DNA of 27,064 nucleotides from a virus. Taxonomy: Duplodnaviria; Caudoviricetes. The stretch covers positions 1 to 27,064 of the IMG/VR virus record IMGVR_UViG_3300042348_000112; one strand, 5' to 3'. Position 1 is the first letter of the stretch; every line of letters starts with the position of its first letter. Made by a program: the position numbers and the translations under genes. Shown here piece after piece: positions 1 to 7,048 of the stretch. A model generated the notes under the pieces. The model was given only the letters and a program-made list of their open reading frames with translations. It was not told where the DNA came from and ran no database searches.

Positions 1-1647
1 GATGTCGAACACATCCTCCAACAAATCGAAGCCAAGCGATTAGACCTTACGGATTCCTATGCCGATTGGGTCAAGATTGGCTTTGCCATTGCTGCAAAAT
101 ACCACGAGCCAGGTGCAGACCTGTTCCATCGGGTTTCGGCACTGTCACCCAAGTACAACCCGGAAGCCTGCGACAAAAAGTACAAGCAACTTTGCAACTC
201 TAAGCAGAATCAAGTGTCCTTTGCTTCCTTCATGTGGCTTGCCAAGAATGCAGGTGTAGAGATTCAAACCAAGACCACCAAGCACATCGTGTCTACAACG
301 AAGTCCCACCGCATGCGTGTCGGGACCAATGGCGGTCCCAAGGACATCAACGCAGCAACCGAAGCAGCGGTCCGGGTACTTCGGGAAATTGACAACATCG
401 ACATCGATGGCCTCGAAGAAATCGTTGCCAACACGATGGCACTCGATACCACTGAACTAAAGTCCGCTGATACCGAGGACACACCAATCAAGCAGATAAA
501 GGCTTTCTTACGTTCATTCGACCTAAAACGCAATGCAGTAACCCGTTGCATTGAATACAAAGGCCAACCCATTACCGACGTGGACCTGAACAACATTTAC
601 GTTGACTGCCTCGAAGCCTTTGGCAAGAAGGAAGTCAACATGCAACTGGTCGGGGCCATAGTGGATTCGGACTTCACACCGACCTACAATCCATTCACCC
701 AGTTCTTTGCCCGGCACGGTCATCGCAATCCTACCGGGTGCATCGAGGCCCTGACCAATACCATCCGAACAACCAACCAGGATCATACGTTCGTGCAACT
801 CTGCATCACCAAATGGCTCTGCTCGGTCATCGCAAGTATGCACGGGGAATACTCTCTTTCAATACTGGTCCTTTGTGGCGACCAAGGCATCGGCAAGACC
901 AACTTCTTTCGAAACCTGCTGCCCGATGAACTTCGGGCCTATTACGGGGAATCCAAACTGGATGCCGGCAAGGACGATGAAATTCTCATGTGCAAGAAGA
1001 TTATCCTCTGCGATGACGAGTTCGGTGGCAAATCCAAGCAGGAAGCCAAGAAACTCAAGGAACTGTCCTCCAAGCAGACCTTCAGCATCCGCAAGCCCTA
1101 CGGCCGGGTACATGAGGAACTTAACCGCTATGCGGTCCTTTGCGGTACAAGCAACGACGAGGAAGTCATTAACGACCCAACGGGTAACCGTAGGATCCTG
1201 CCCATTGTAATCAGCGAGATTGACTGGGATGCCTATGCAGCCATCGACAAGACGGACCTGTTCATTGAAGCCCTGCATTCCTTTAAATTGAACGGAGCCG
1301 ATGCATGGCAACTATCCAAGGCCGAAATCAAGATGCTGAACAATCACACCATGCACAACGTGCAGCCGGCCATCGAGAAAGAAATGCTCCTAAACCTGTT
1401 CACCATCCCGATGGATTATAGCGACCCCTACGGCAAGTGGATGAGCAATACCGAAATCAAAGACCTCATCGAAACCTGCACCAAGCAGCACATCAGTTCG
1501 CACAAACTTGGAGCGGTCCTAAAGTCCCTTGGCTGTAAGAAAATGACACGACGGGAGCGGAATTTCCTTCCGTGCTACTTTTTGGTGAAAAATGCCGATA
1601 AAAGTGACTACGCCCAAAAGGTTGATAATAAGCGACATCCGTTTTAG
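1..1647 (+). CDS. Primase-helicase, PriCT-2 + VapE/VirE-like P-loop ATPase (5'-truncated by window edge)
   Basis: Frame 1 is open from base 1 (DVEHILQQIEAKRLDLTDSYADWVKIGFAIA...FHRVSALSPKY), which resembles PriCT-2 and extends the listed 214..1647 ORF. Walker A GDQGIGKT, Walker B ILCDDE, and the VapE-type motif GTSN...DPTGNRR are present. Confidence 0.85.
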   Translation, partial: DVEHILQQIEAKRLDLTDSYADWVKIGFAIAAKYHEPGADLFHRVSALSPKYNPEACDKKYKQLCNSKQNQVSFASFMWLAKNAGVEIQTKTTKHIVSTTKSHRMRVGTNGGPKDINAATEAAVRVLREIDNIDIDGLEEIVANTMALDTTELKSADTEDTPIKQIKAFLRSFDLKRNAVTRCIEYKGQPITDVDLNNIYVDCLEAFGKKEVNMQLVGAIVDSDFTPTYNPFTQFFARHGHRNPTGCIEALTNTIRTTNQDHTFVQLCITKWLCSVIASMHGEYSLSILVLCGDQGIGKTNFFRNLLPDELRAYYGESKLDAGKDDEILMCKKIILCDDEFGGKSKQEAKKLKELSSKQTFSIRKPYGRVHEELNRYAVLCGTSNDEEVINDPTGNRRILPIVISEIDWDAYAAIDKTDLFIEALHSFKLNGADAWQLSKAEIKMLNNHTMHNVQPAIEKEMLLNLFTIPMDYSDPYGKWMSNTEIKDLIETCTKQHISSHKLGAVLKSLGCKKMTRRERNFLPCYFLVKNADKSDYAQKVDNKRHPF

Positions 1648-1850
1648 TGTAGTCACTTAGTCACTTAAAATGCGTTTTTTCTTTAGGGGCTTATATATGC
1701 ATGTGTGTGTGTGTGTGTGTGCATATAATATATACTCTAAAGAAAGTAGTAACTAAAGTGACTACACTGACTACAACCCCCTTCACGCTATCAAAAACGC
1801 AGATTTTGGTAGTCACTTCACCCAAACTCAAAGTAACTACAAGTGACCAC
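1602..1850. repeat. Cluster of ~10-bp AAGTGACTAC/GTAGTCACTT repeats in both orientations around an AT/TG core; putative replication origin
   Basis: AAGTGACTAC at 1602 and 1756; its reverse complement GTAGTCACTT at 1649 and 1809; variants at 1658, 1831 and 1841. 13-bp inverted repeat 1646-1658 / 1756-1768. Lies directly after the primase-helicase gene. Confidence 0.7.
1702..1721. repeat. (TG)10 microsatellite
   Basis: Read directly from the sequence; flanked by the inverted pair TATATGCA (1694-1701) / TGCATATA (1720-1727). Confidence 0.95.
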
Positions 1851-3276
1851 ACTTAGACCCTACCAACAAACCGCTATTGACCAAATGCGGACAAGCATTG
1901 CCGAGGGCAAAAGACGCTTGATACTCTGCTCCCCAACAGGGAGCGGTAAGACGGTCATGTTCACCTACATGGTGGCACGGGCCTTAGAGAAAGGCAAGCA
2001 GGCCATCATCTTCACCGACCGGGTGGAACTGCTCCGGCAATCCAACGGGGCCTTGGACCAGTTCGGAATCAAGCCGACGCTGATTGAGGCCAACCGAACC
2101 CGGCTCGATGTTTCAGGGAACTGCTTCATTGCCATGGCCCAAACATTCAGCCGAAGGAAAAACTCTGCTGAATACACGGACCTTTTGGCCCGTATGGACC
2201 TGGTGATTATTGACGAAGCCCACAAGCAGACATTCAACCCCCTGCTGCCATACATCAACCCCAAGGCCGTGGTCATCGGTGCGACTGCAACGCCATTGCG
2301 GAGGGGAAAGCAGGAATGCCTATCCAAATTCTACAAGGCTCTCCATGCACCGGTGCAGGTACAGGAACTGATTAGCCAAGGCTACCTGGCCGAGCCAACG
2401 ACCTACGGAATGACGCAGGACCTATCCGGGATCCGTATGAAGGGCGATGATTACGACACCGAGCAAATGGCTCAACGATTCAGCGAGCGGAAGGTCTTTG
2501 CCGGGGTGGTGCAGAACTACGCCAAGGTCTGCCCAGGCAAGAAGGCCATTGTCTTTGCCAGCAACATCGCATCAAGCAAGGAGGTTTGCGAGGCTTTGCA
2601 GGGTGCAGGGTTCAACGCCCGGCACGTTGACGGAGAGATGCCAAAGTCCTTACGAGCCGAAACCCTTGCGTGGTTCAAGCATTCCACCAATGGGATCCTT
2701 TGCAACTGCGACTTGATGACCACGGGCTTTGATGAACCAAGCATCGAGGTCGTCATCCTTTACCGGGCGACTGCGAGCCTACCCTTGTTTATGCAGATGG
2801 TTGGCCGAGGCTCCAGGGTAACGCCAACCAAGACACGGTTCACGGTGCTGGACTTCGGGAACAACGTGCAGACCCACGGATTTTGGGAAACGAACCGGGA
2901 ATGGTCCTTGAAGAAGAAACGCAAACGGGAGTCCGCTGGCGTTGGTGGGGTGAAGAACTGCAAGAAGTGCGAGGCCATTATCCCGGTGGCTGCCATGGAG
3001 TGCAAGCATTGCGGGTTTGAATACGAGCGAAAGCCAAAGCCTCCAGCTGAAGTCGTAAGTTTGCAGATGCTGACCAAGGCTCAAGGCATGGAGATGGCAA
3101 AGCAAAGCACGATGTACCAAAAGGCTCAACTGGCAAAGGCCAAGGTCATCAGCCCGTTTTGGGTGCTGCACAATCAATGCAAGAGCAAAGCCGAAGCCTT
3201 GGAGTTCATCCGCTACATGGGATGGAGGCCAGGCTGGGCCTTCCACAATAAAGACCGTTTTCCAATCCTAAAGTAA
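1843..3276 (+). CDS. Superfamily II (DEAD/DEAH, ResIII-like) helicase with C-terminal zinc ribbon
   Basis: Q motif LRPYQ, Walker A PTGSGKT, DEAH, motif III TAT, motif V TTGFD, motif VI QMVGRGSR, and CKKC...CKHC. GTG start. Confidence 0.92.
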   Translation: MTTLRPYQQTAIDQMRTSIAEGKRRLILCSPTGSGKTVMFTYMVARALEKGKQAIIFTDRVELLRQSNGALDQFGIKPTLIEANRTRLDVSGNCFIAMAQTFSRRKNSAEYTDLLARMDLVIIDEAHKQTFNPLLPYINPKAVVIGATATPLRRGKQECLSKFYKALHAPVQVQELISQGYLAEPTTYGMTQDLSGIRMKGDDYDTEQMAQRFSERKVFAGVVQNYAKVCPGKKAIVFASNIASSKEVCEALQGAGFNARHVDGEMPKSLRAETLAWFKHSTNGILCNCDLMTTGFDEPSIEVVILYRATASLPLFMQMVGRGSRVTPTKTRFTVLDFGNNVQTHGFWETNREWSLKKKRKRESAGVGGVKNCKKCEAIIPVAAMECKHCGFEYERKPKPPAEVVSLQMLTKAQGMEMAKQSTMYQKAQLAKAKVISPFWVLHNQCKSKAEALEFIRYMGWRPGWAFHNKDRFPILK

Positions 3277-3280
3277 GTTC

Positions 3281-3607
3281 ATGCAAGAATTCAAACTCCA
3301 AGCCGAATGCTTCCAGTGGCACTGGAATAACTTTCCCGACCAGCGTGGCCGATTGTTCACGGTCAACAACAACGCACCGAATGCCTATGCCGGCAGCGTG
3401 ATGAAAGCCATGGGCGTGGTCGCAGGTGTCAGCGACATGATATGGCTCTCACCAACCGGTGCGGTGATGCTGGAGTTCAAAGCCGAAAAAGGAAAGCAGT
3501 CACTCTCGCAGAAGTGGTGGGAGTCAGTCGTCCAAGAGGCAGGGTACAGATACGAGGTCATCCGAAGTGTGGAGGATTTTCAGCGAGTGGTTGCAAGTGT
3601 GGAATAG
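3281..3607 (+). CDS. VRR-NUC domain nuclease
   Basis: E..LQ N-terminus, GVVAGVSD, LEFKAEKGKQSLSQ (PD-(D/E)xK type) and Y.VIRS C-terminus; typical position after a helicase. Confidence 0.85.
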   Translation: MQEFKLQAECFQWHWNNFPDQRGRLFTVNNNAPNAYAGSVMKAMGVVAGVSDMIWLSPTGAVMLEFKAEKGKQSLSQKWWESVVQEAGYRYEVIRSVEDFQRVVASVE

Positions 3608-3620
3608 TTGTGTAGATTTG
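3590..3620 (+). promoter_or_regulatory. Bacteroidota housekeeping-sigma-type promoter (-33 GTTG / -7 TAGATTTG)
   Basis: TAGATTTG at 3613-3620 matches TAnnTTTG; GTTG at 3590-3593 lies 19 nt upstream; ATG at 3625. Confidence 0.55.
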
Positions 3621-3624
3621 TTCC

Positions 3625-3822
3625 ATGCGATTCCTACTGCTACTGCTCCTCCTGACCGCTTGCACCAACGACCGCCCTTGGAAGGTGATTGAGGTCCGGG
3701 CCAAGGGTAACGCCTGCGAGTATGTGCTAAGCCGTAGCAACGGATTCGGGCCACAAGTCAAGACCCTGACCGATACCTGTGGGAGGTATCAACTTTTTCA
3801 AACTATACGCAATCGGGTATAA
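3625..3822 (+). CDS. Small putative lipoprotein
   Basis: MR + hydrophobic Leu run + lipobox LTA-C, followed by a short mature domain with two further Cys. Confidence 0.6.
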   Translation: MRFLLLLLLLTACTNDRPWKVIEVRAKGNACEYVLSRSNGFGPQVKTLTDTCGRYQLFQTIRNRV

Positions 3823-3915
3823 TATATAGAAAAACCCAAAATTTATACGCATTCGGGTATAATCGTCAGCCTCTGTTCTTACCAAACCTCCCCCAGCGTC
3901 AGCCTATAAACTGAC
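3804..3915. repeat. Short quasi-palindromic repeats: 2x TATACGCA(A/T)TCGGGTATAAT and 2x CGTCAGCCT
   Basis: 20-bp direct repeats at 3804-3823 and 3844-3863 with one mismatch; CGTCAGCCT at 3864 and 3897; GTCAG-N8-CTGAC at 3898-3915. Confidence 0.85.
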
Positions 3916-3930
3916 CCAAACCTTAAACCC

Positions 3931-4083
3931 ATGAAAACCACACCAATCGATTTCCGACGCTGGCAACTGCACATCCGCAAGGAGTGCGTCAACTGCAACC
4001 GACCCGACAAATCCGAAACCATCAAGGCGTGGTCTGTCAACTGGACTCTGCTCGGTCGAATCCTTCAAGCCAAAAACGCCTGA
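3931..4083 (+). CDS. Small hypothetical protein (50 aa, MKTTPIDFRRWQLHIRKECVNC...)
   Basis: Translated by hand (below the ORF-track cutoff). Has an A/C-rich leader, and its stop is 2 nt before the next ATG. Confidence 0.65.
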   Translation: MKTTPIDFRRWQLHIRKECVNCNRPDKSETIKAWSVNWTLLGRILQAKNA

Positions 4084-4085
4084 CC

Positions 4086-4265
4086 ATGGAGTGGATTAAA
4101 TGCTTGGACAGGATGCCGGAACCTTACGAGCCAGTCCTGATATTCACAACCGACCGCAATCAAGCCTACGCATGGCTCGGAGATGGCCGTTGGTACTACG
4201 AGCATCAAACTTGGTTCCTGACCGAAGTCAGCCATTGGATGCCCCTACCCCCAAACCCGTTTTAA
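4086..4265 (+). CDS. DUF551-like small phage protein
   Basis: MEWIKCLDRMPE...VL...VSHWMPLP matches the WI...LP / V.HWMPLP signature. The ATG at 4086 is the likely start within the listed 3984..4265 ORF. Confidence 0.8.
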   Translation: MEWIKCLDRMPEPYEPVLIFTTDRNQAYAWLGDGRWYYEHQTWFLTEVSHWMPLPPNPF

Positions 4266-4274
4266 TCAAAACCG

Positions 4275-4652
4275 ATGAAAAAAGAATTTATCCCCTACAA
4301 ACAAGCCCTTGCACTCAAAGAACTTGGGTTTGATGAACCTTGTTTTGGAAATTATTATACATTAAATGGCAAAACATGGAAACTTGCTGATAATATAGAA
4401 TATGACTTGCTTAATGAACTTTATCACATTGGTTCTAAATTTACCATTATAGCACCTCTCTACCAACAAGCGTTCAGGTGGTTCCGGGAGAAGCACGGAT
4501 TAAATCATTTCGTTGAGATTGATGTTGATTGCGAGCCAAGTTACTATAATGCCCATGTTCAATGCTCTTTAGTGTATCATGGCAACAACTACGAAGAAGC
4601 GGAACTTGCCTGCCTTAAAAAACTAATTGAACTTTTAACCAAGACGGCATAA
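4275..4652 (+). CDS. Hypothetical phage protein (MKKEFIPY.QALALKELGFDEPC type)
   Basis: Complete ORF with APLYQQAFRWFREK and YEEAELACLKKLIEL motifs, which I recall from Bacteroidota phage proteins; visibly AT-richer than its neighbours. Confidence 0.75.
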   Translation: MKKEFIPYKQALALKELGFDEPCFGNYYTLNGKTWKLADNIEYDLLNELYHIGSKFTIIAPLYQQAFRWFREKHGLNHFVEIDVDCEPSYYNAHVQCSLVYHGNNYEEAELACLKKLIELLTKTA

Positions 4653-4654
4653 CC

Positions 4655-4954
4655 ATGGACCTAATCTCACGCACCATACTCGGCTATACGGCAGAGGTTG
4701 TCGGAGTCAGCCCCGATGACATCTTGAGCGAAGTCAAAACCCAAGAACTGGTCCTTGCTCGAAGCATCTTCGCAGACATCGCCTACTCGGAATACCTCTA
4801 CACCTACTGCCAAATCGGGCGTATCATCAAGAGGAACCATGCTACGGTCATGCACAACCTCGAAATCCTTGCCAAAAACATGAGAGCAAGGCCCGACATT
4901 AAATTCCTTCGTACACAGGTTTTAAACAGGACACGGGATTTTTTGCAACATTAG
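4655..4954 (+). CDS. DnaA C-terminal (domain IV)-like HTH DNA-binding protein
   Basis: DILS..K.QELVLARSI...Y.QIGRIIKRNHATVMH parallels the DnaA domain IV pattern R..IGxxFGGRDHTTVxH. Confidence 0.75.
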   Translation: MDLISRTILGYTAEVVGVSPDDILSEVKTQELVLARSIFADIAYSEYLYTYCQIGRIIKRNHATVMHNLEILAKNMRARPDIKFLRTQVLNRTRDFLQH

Positions 4955-4975
4955 CGAGAACCCCCTCCATCTTTG
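4942..4975 (+). promoter_or_regulatory. Possible Bacteroidota-type promoter for the sigma-like gene
   Basis: TTTG at 4942-4945 and CATCTTTG at 4968-4975 (one mismatch to TAnnTTTG); GTG start at 4981. Confidence 0.35.
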
Positions 4976-4980
4976 CGTTA

Positions 4981-5529
4981 GTGAACGCAGAGAGCATCGT
5001 CCTTGACCTTTATCGAAGCGGAGAAATCCGCAAGGCTTGCCTCACCATTACGGGGGGCAATCCGCTTTGGAAGGATCTCGAACAAGAGGTCGTCCTAATC
5101 CTACTGGAGAAAGACCCCGACAAGATTACCAAGATGCAGGTACAGGGATACCTGCGTTTTTACATCGTTCGCCTGATCATGAACCTGTACCGGGGCAACA
5201 ACAACCAGTTTGCCAAGAAGTACCGACACCACGACGAGCGAGTAGAGGTAGACCCCGAAACCCAAGAACTGGGCAAGGACTACGACTCCCTGCTTGACGA
5301 CCTTTGGGCCATCGCCCAGCAAGAGATGGACTCTTGGGCCAAGGACGGAGCGTTCCCTTACGACAAGGAACTGCTGAACCTACTAATGCAGACAGGCAAC
5401 ATGAAGGCTATGTCAAGGGAAACGGGCATCCCGTATCGGAGCATCATCTACTCCATCGAACAGGCCAAGGCCAAAATCAAAACCGCAATCGAAGCAAATG
5501 GATATACTGGTTTTTCCAATCCTGATTAG
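4981..5529 (+). CDS. Phage sigma-70/ECF-like RNA polymerase sigma factor
   Basis: Region-2-like DLEQEVVLILLEK...LRFYIVRLIMN and a C-terminal region-4 HTH, NMKAMSRETGIPYRSIIYSIEQAKAKIK; located at the early/late boundary. Confidence 0.7.
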   Translation: MNAESIVLDLYRSGEIRKACLTITGGNPLWKDLEQEVVLILLEKDPDKITKMQVQGYLRFYIVRLIMNLYRGNNNQFAKKYRHHDERVEVDPETQELGKDYDSLLDDLWAIAQQEMDSWAKDGAFPYDKELLNLLMQTGNMKAMSRETGIPYRSIIYSIEQAKAKIKTAIEANGYTGFSNPD

Positions 5530-5749
5530 TGCTTTAGCGACCCTTGCGGTCGTGGAGTTCCGGGTTCTGCCCCAGTGGTTCTACGCTTTGCCCTTCGCCA
5601 AGCGGAAGCCGTTTTCGTGCATGACCTGCTTTGGTTTTTGGCTTGGGGTGTTGCTGACCCTGCCAACCTGCCAATGGTACTTGGCTCCTATCCTCGGCCT
5701 TGCCTCATCTGCCACCGCAATCCTACTCAGAGAATGGACCTTCAAATGA
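5498..5749 (+). CDS. Small membrane protein with CxxC (DUF1360-like)
   Basis: Hydrophobic segments and a KPFSCMTCFGFW motif. Confidence 0.6.
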   Translation: MDILVFPILISALATLAVVEFRVLPQWFYALPFAKRKPFSCMTCFGFWLGVLLTLPTCQWYLAPILGLASSATAILLREWTFK

Positions 5750-6015
5750 CCAACGACCAATTCATCGTTGCCCAAAAGCACAGGAAGTACTGGGACCAAT
5801 ATGTGGCATCCCTAACCATGCGACTCCCACCCGATGCGGTTGGAGAACTGCAAGCCATCCTGACTGCTCATGGACGACCTCCCACAAACTGGTGGTGTGC
5901 CGACTGCGTAAAATCGGCTCTCCAATACATTTACCTACAAGCGGACTTGTTTGCCGAAGCCAACCAAAACACCATAAACCACTCCCTGAATGCCCCTGCC
6001 AATCCCGAACAATAA
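5746..6015 (+). CDS. Hypothetical protein with CxxC (WWCADC)
   Basis: ATG at 5746 overlaps the upstream TGA (ATGA); this is the 3' part of the listed 5575..6015 ORF. Confidence 0.7.
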   Translation: MTNDQFIVAQKHRKYWDQYVASLTMRLPPDAVGELQAILTAHGRPPTNWWCADCVKSALQYIYLQADLFAEANQNTINHSLNAPANPEQ

Positions 6016-6454
6016 CGAGTCAAGAGAAGGCTTCATCGGTCGCTGCATGAGCAATAACCAAACCAATGCGGAGTTCCCCGATACGGCTCAAAGATTGGCC
6101 GTTTGCGGCTCAACGTGGGAGAATCACAAGAGGCAGCAGTTTGAGTCATACTCCGACTACGGCCAAGAGATTCGGGCCAATGCCAAGCGGGGGATTGAAC
6201 TGAACGAGCGGAACGGCAACAAGTGTGCGACGCAAACAGGCAAGGTCCGGGCGCAGCAACTCGCCAACGGGGAAGCAATTTCCCTTGAAACCATCAAGCG
6301 GATGCACTCCTACCTGTCCCGGGCTGAAACCTACTACGACAACGCAGACGATACCTCGGACTGCGGTTACATCTCATACCTCCTTTGGGGTGGCAAGTCG
6401 GCTCTCTCATGGAGCAGGAACAAACTTCGGGAACTTGGCAAACTCGAAGGCTAA
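5990..6454 (+). CDS. Conserved-type phage hypothetical protein, possibly head/packaging associated
   Basis: Two short modules: MPLPIPNNNESREGFIGRCM...QRLAVC and SYSDY...NAKRG...GKVRAQQLA..E.IS.ETIKRM.SYLSR...YLLWGG. Confidence 0.7.
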   Translation: MPLPIPNNNESREGFIGRCMSNNQTNAEFPDTAQRLAVCGSTWENHKRQQFESYSDYGQEIRANAKRGIELNERNGNKCATQTGKVRAQQLANGEAISLETIKRMHSYLSRAETYYDNADDTSDCGYISYLLWGGKSALSWSRNKLRELGKLEG

Positions 6455-6485
6455 AGACGAAGACGAGGCCCAAGTGCAGGCTCGG

Positions 6486-6626
6486 ATGGACTCGCTGATG
6501 ATGGTCATTACGACCCTCTGCGACTGCATCGGGGCGGTGGATGATTCCAATGCCCCGAACGCATTTGCGGTGAAGATGAAGATAGTGGACAAGATTGACG
6601 AACTCATAGACAAAATCGAATACTGA
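6486..6626 (+). CDS. Small hypothetical protein (start uncertain; an in-frame TTG at 6435 is possible)
   Basis: MDSLMMVITTLCDC...KIDELIDKIEY; its TGA overlaps the terS ATG (TGATG). Confidence 0.55.
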   Translation: MDSLMMVITTLCDCIGAVDDSNAPNAFAVKMKIVDKIDELIDKIEY

Positions 6627-7048
6627 TGGGAACCAGCAAGGGCAACGGCAAGTACATCGAAACCCCCGAAAAGATGTGGGAGTACTTTGAGGCATACCGG
6701 GCAGGGGTCAAGAGCAACCCAAGGCTCAAGACGGTATTCCCCGGCAAGGATGCTATTCCCCAATACGAACCCTTGGAGCGTCCGTTGACCTTGGAAGGCT
6801 TTGAGAACTGGTGTGCGGATGCAGGTATCGTTCAGGACTTAGGGGATTATTTTGGGAATACAAGGGGCAACTACTCCGAGTATTCAGCCATCTGCTCGCG
6901 TATAAGGCGAACCATCCGTCAAGACCAAATTGAGGGGGGCATGGTTGGTCAGTACAACCCATCCATCACTCAACGCCTCAACAACCTTGTGGAACGCCAA
7001 GAGAACACGGTCCATATTGAGCAACCCCTATTCCCCGACAATGACTGA
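6626..7048 (+). CDS. terS: Terminase small subunit (P22 gp3-like DNA-packaging protein)
   Basis: TPEKMWEYFEAY, RPLTLEGF and I...QIEGGMVGQYNPSITQRL motifs; translationally coupled directly upstream of terL. Confidence 0.85.
   Translation: MGTSKGNGKYIETPEKMWEYFEAYRAGVKSNPRLKTVFPGKDAIPQYEPLERPLTLEGFENWCADAGIVQDLGDYFGNTRGNYSEYSAICSRIRRTIRQDQIEGGMVGQYNPSITQRLNNLVERQENTVHIEQPLFPDND

Noticed and set aside
1702-1721. (TG)10 as a sign of eukaryotic contamination or a chimera
   Set aside because: It sits symmetrically within phage-specific nested inverted repeats between two intact phage genes.
3804-3863. Two 20-bp repeats with a 20-bp spacer as a mini-CRISPR array
   Set aside because: Only two units, repeat and spacer shorter than typical CRISPR sizes, and no cas genes in the window.
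5498-5749. Holin call for the small membrane protein
   Set aside because: No endolysin nearby, and the CxxC motif fits a different family; cannot be supported from the sequence.
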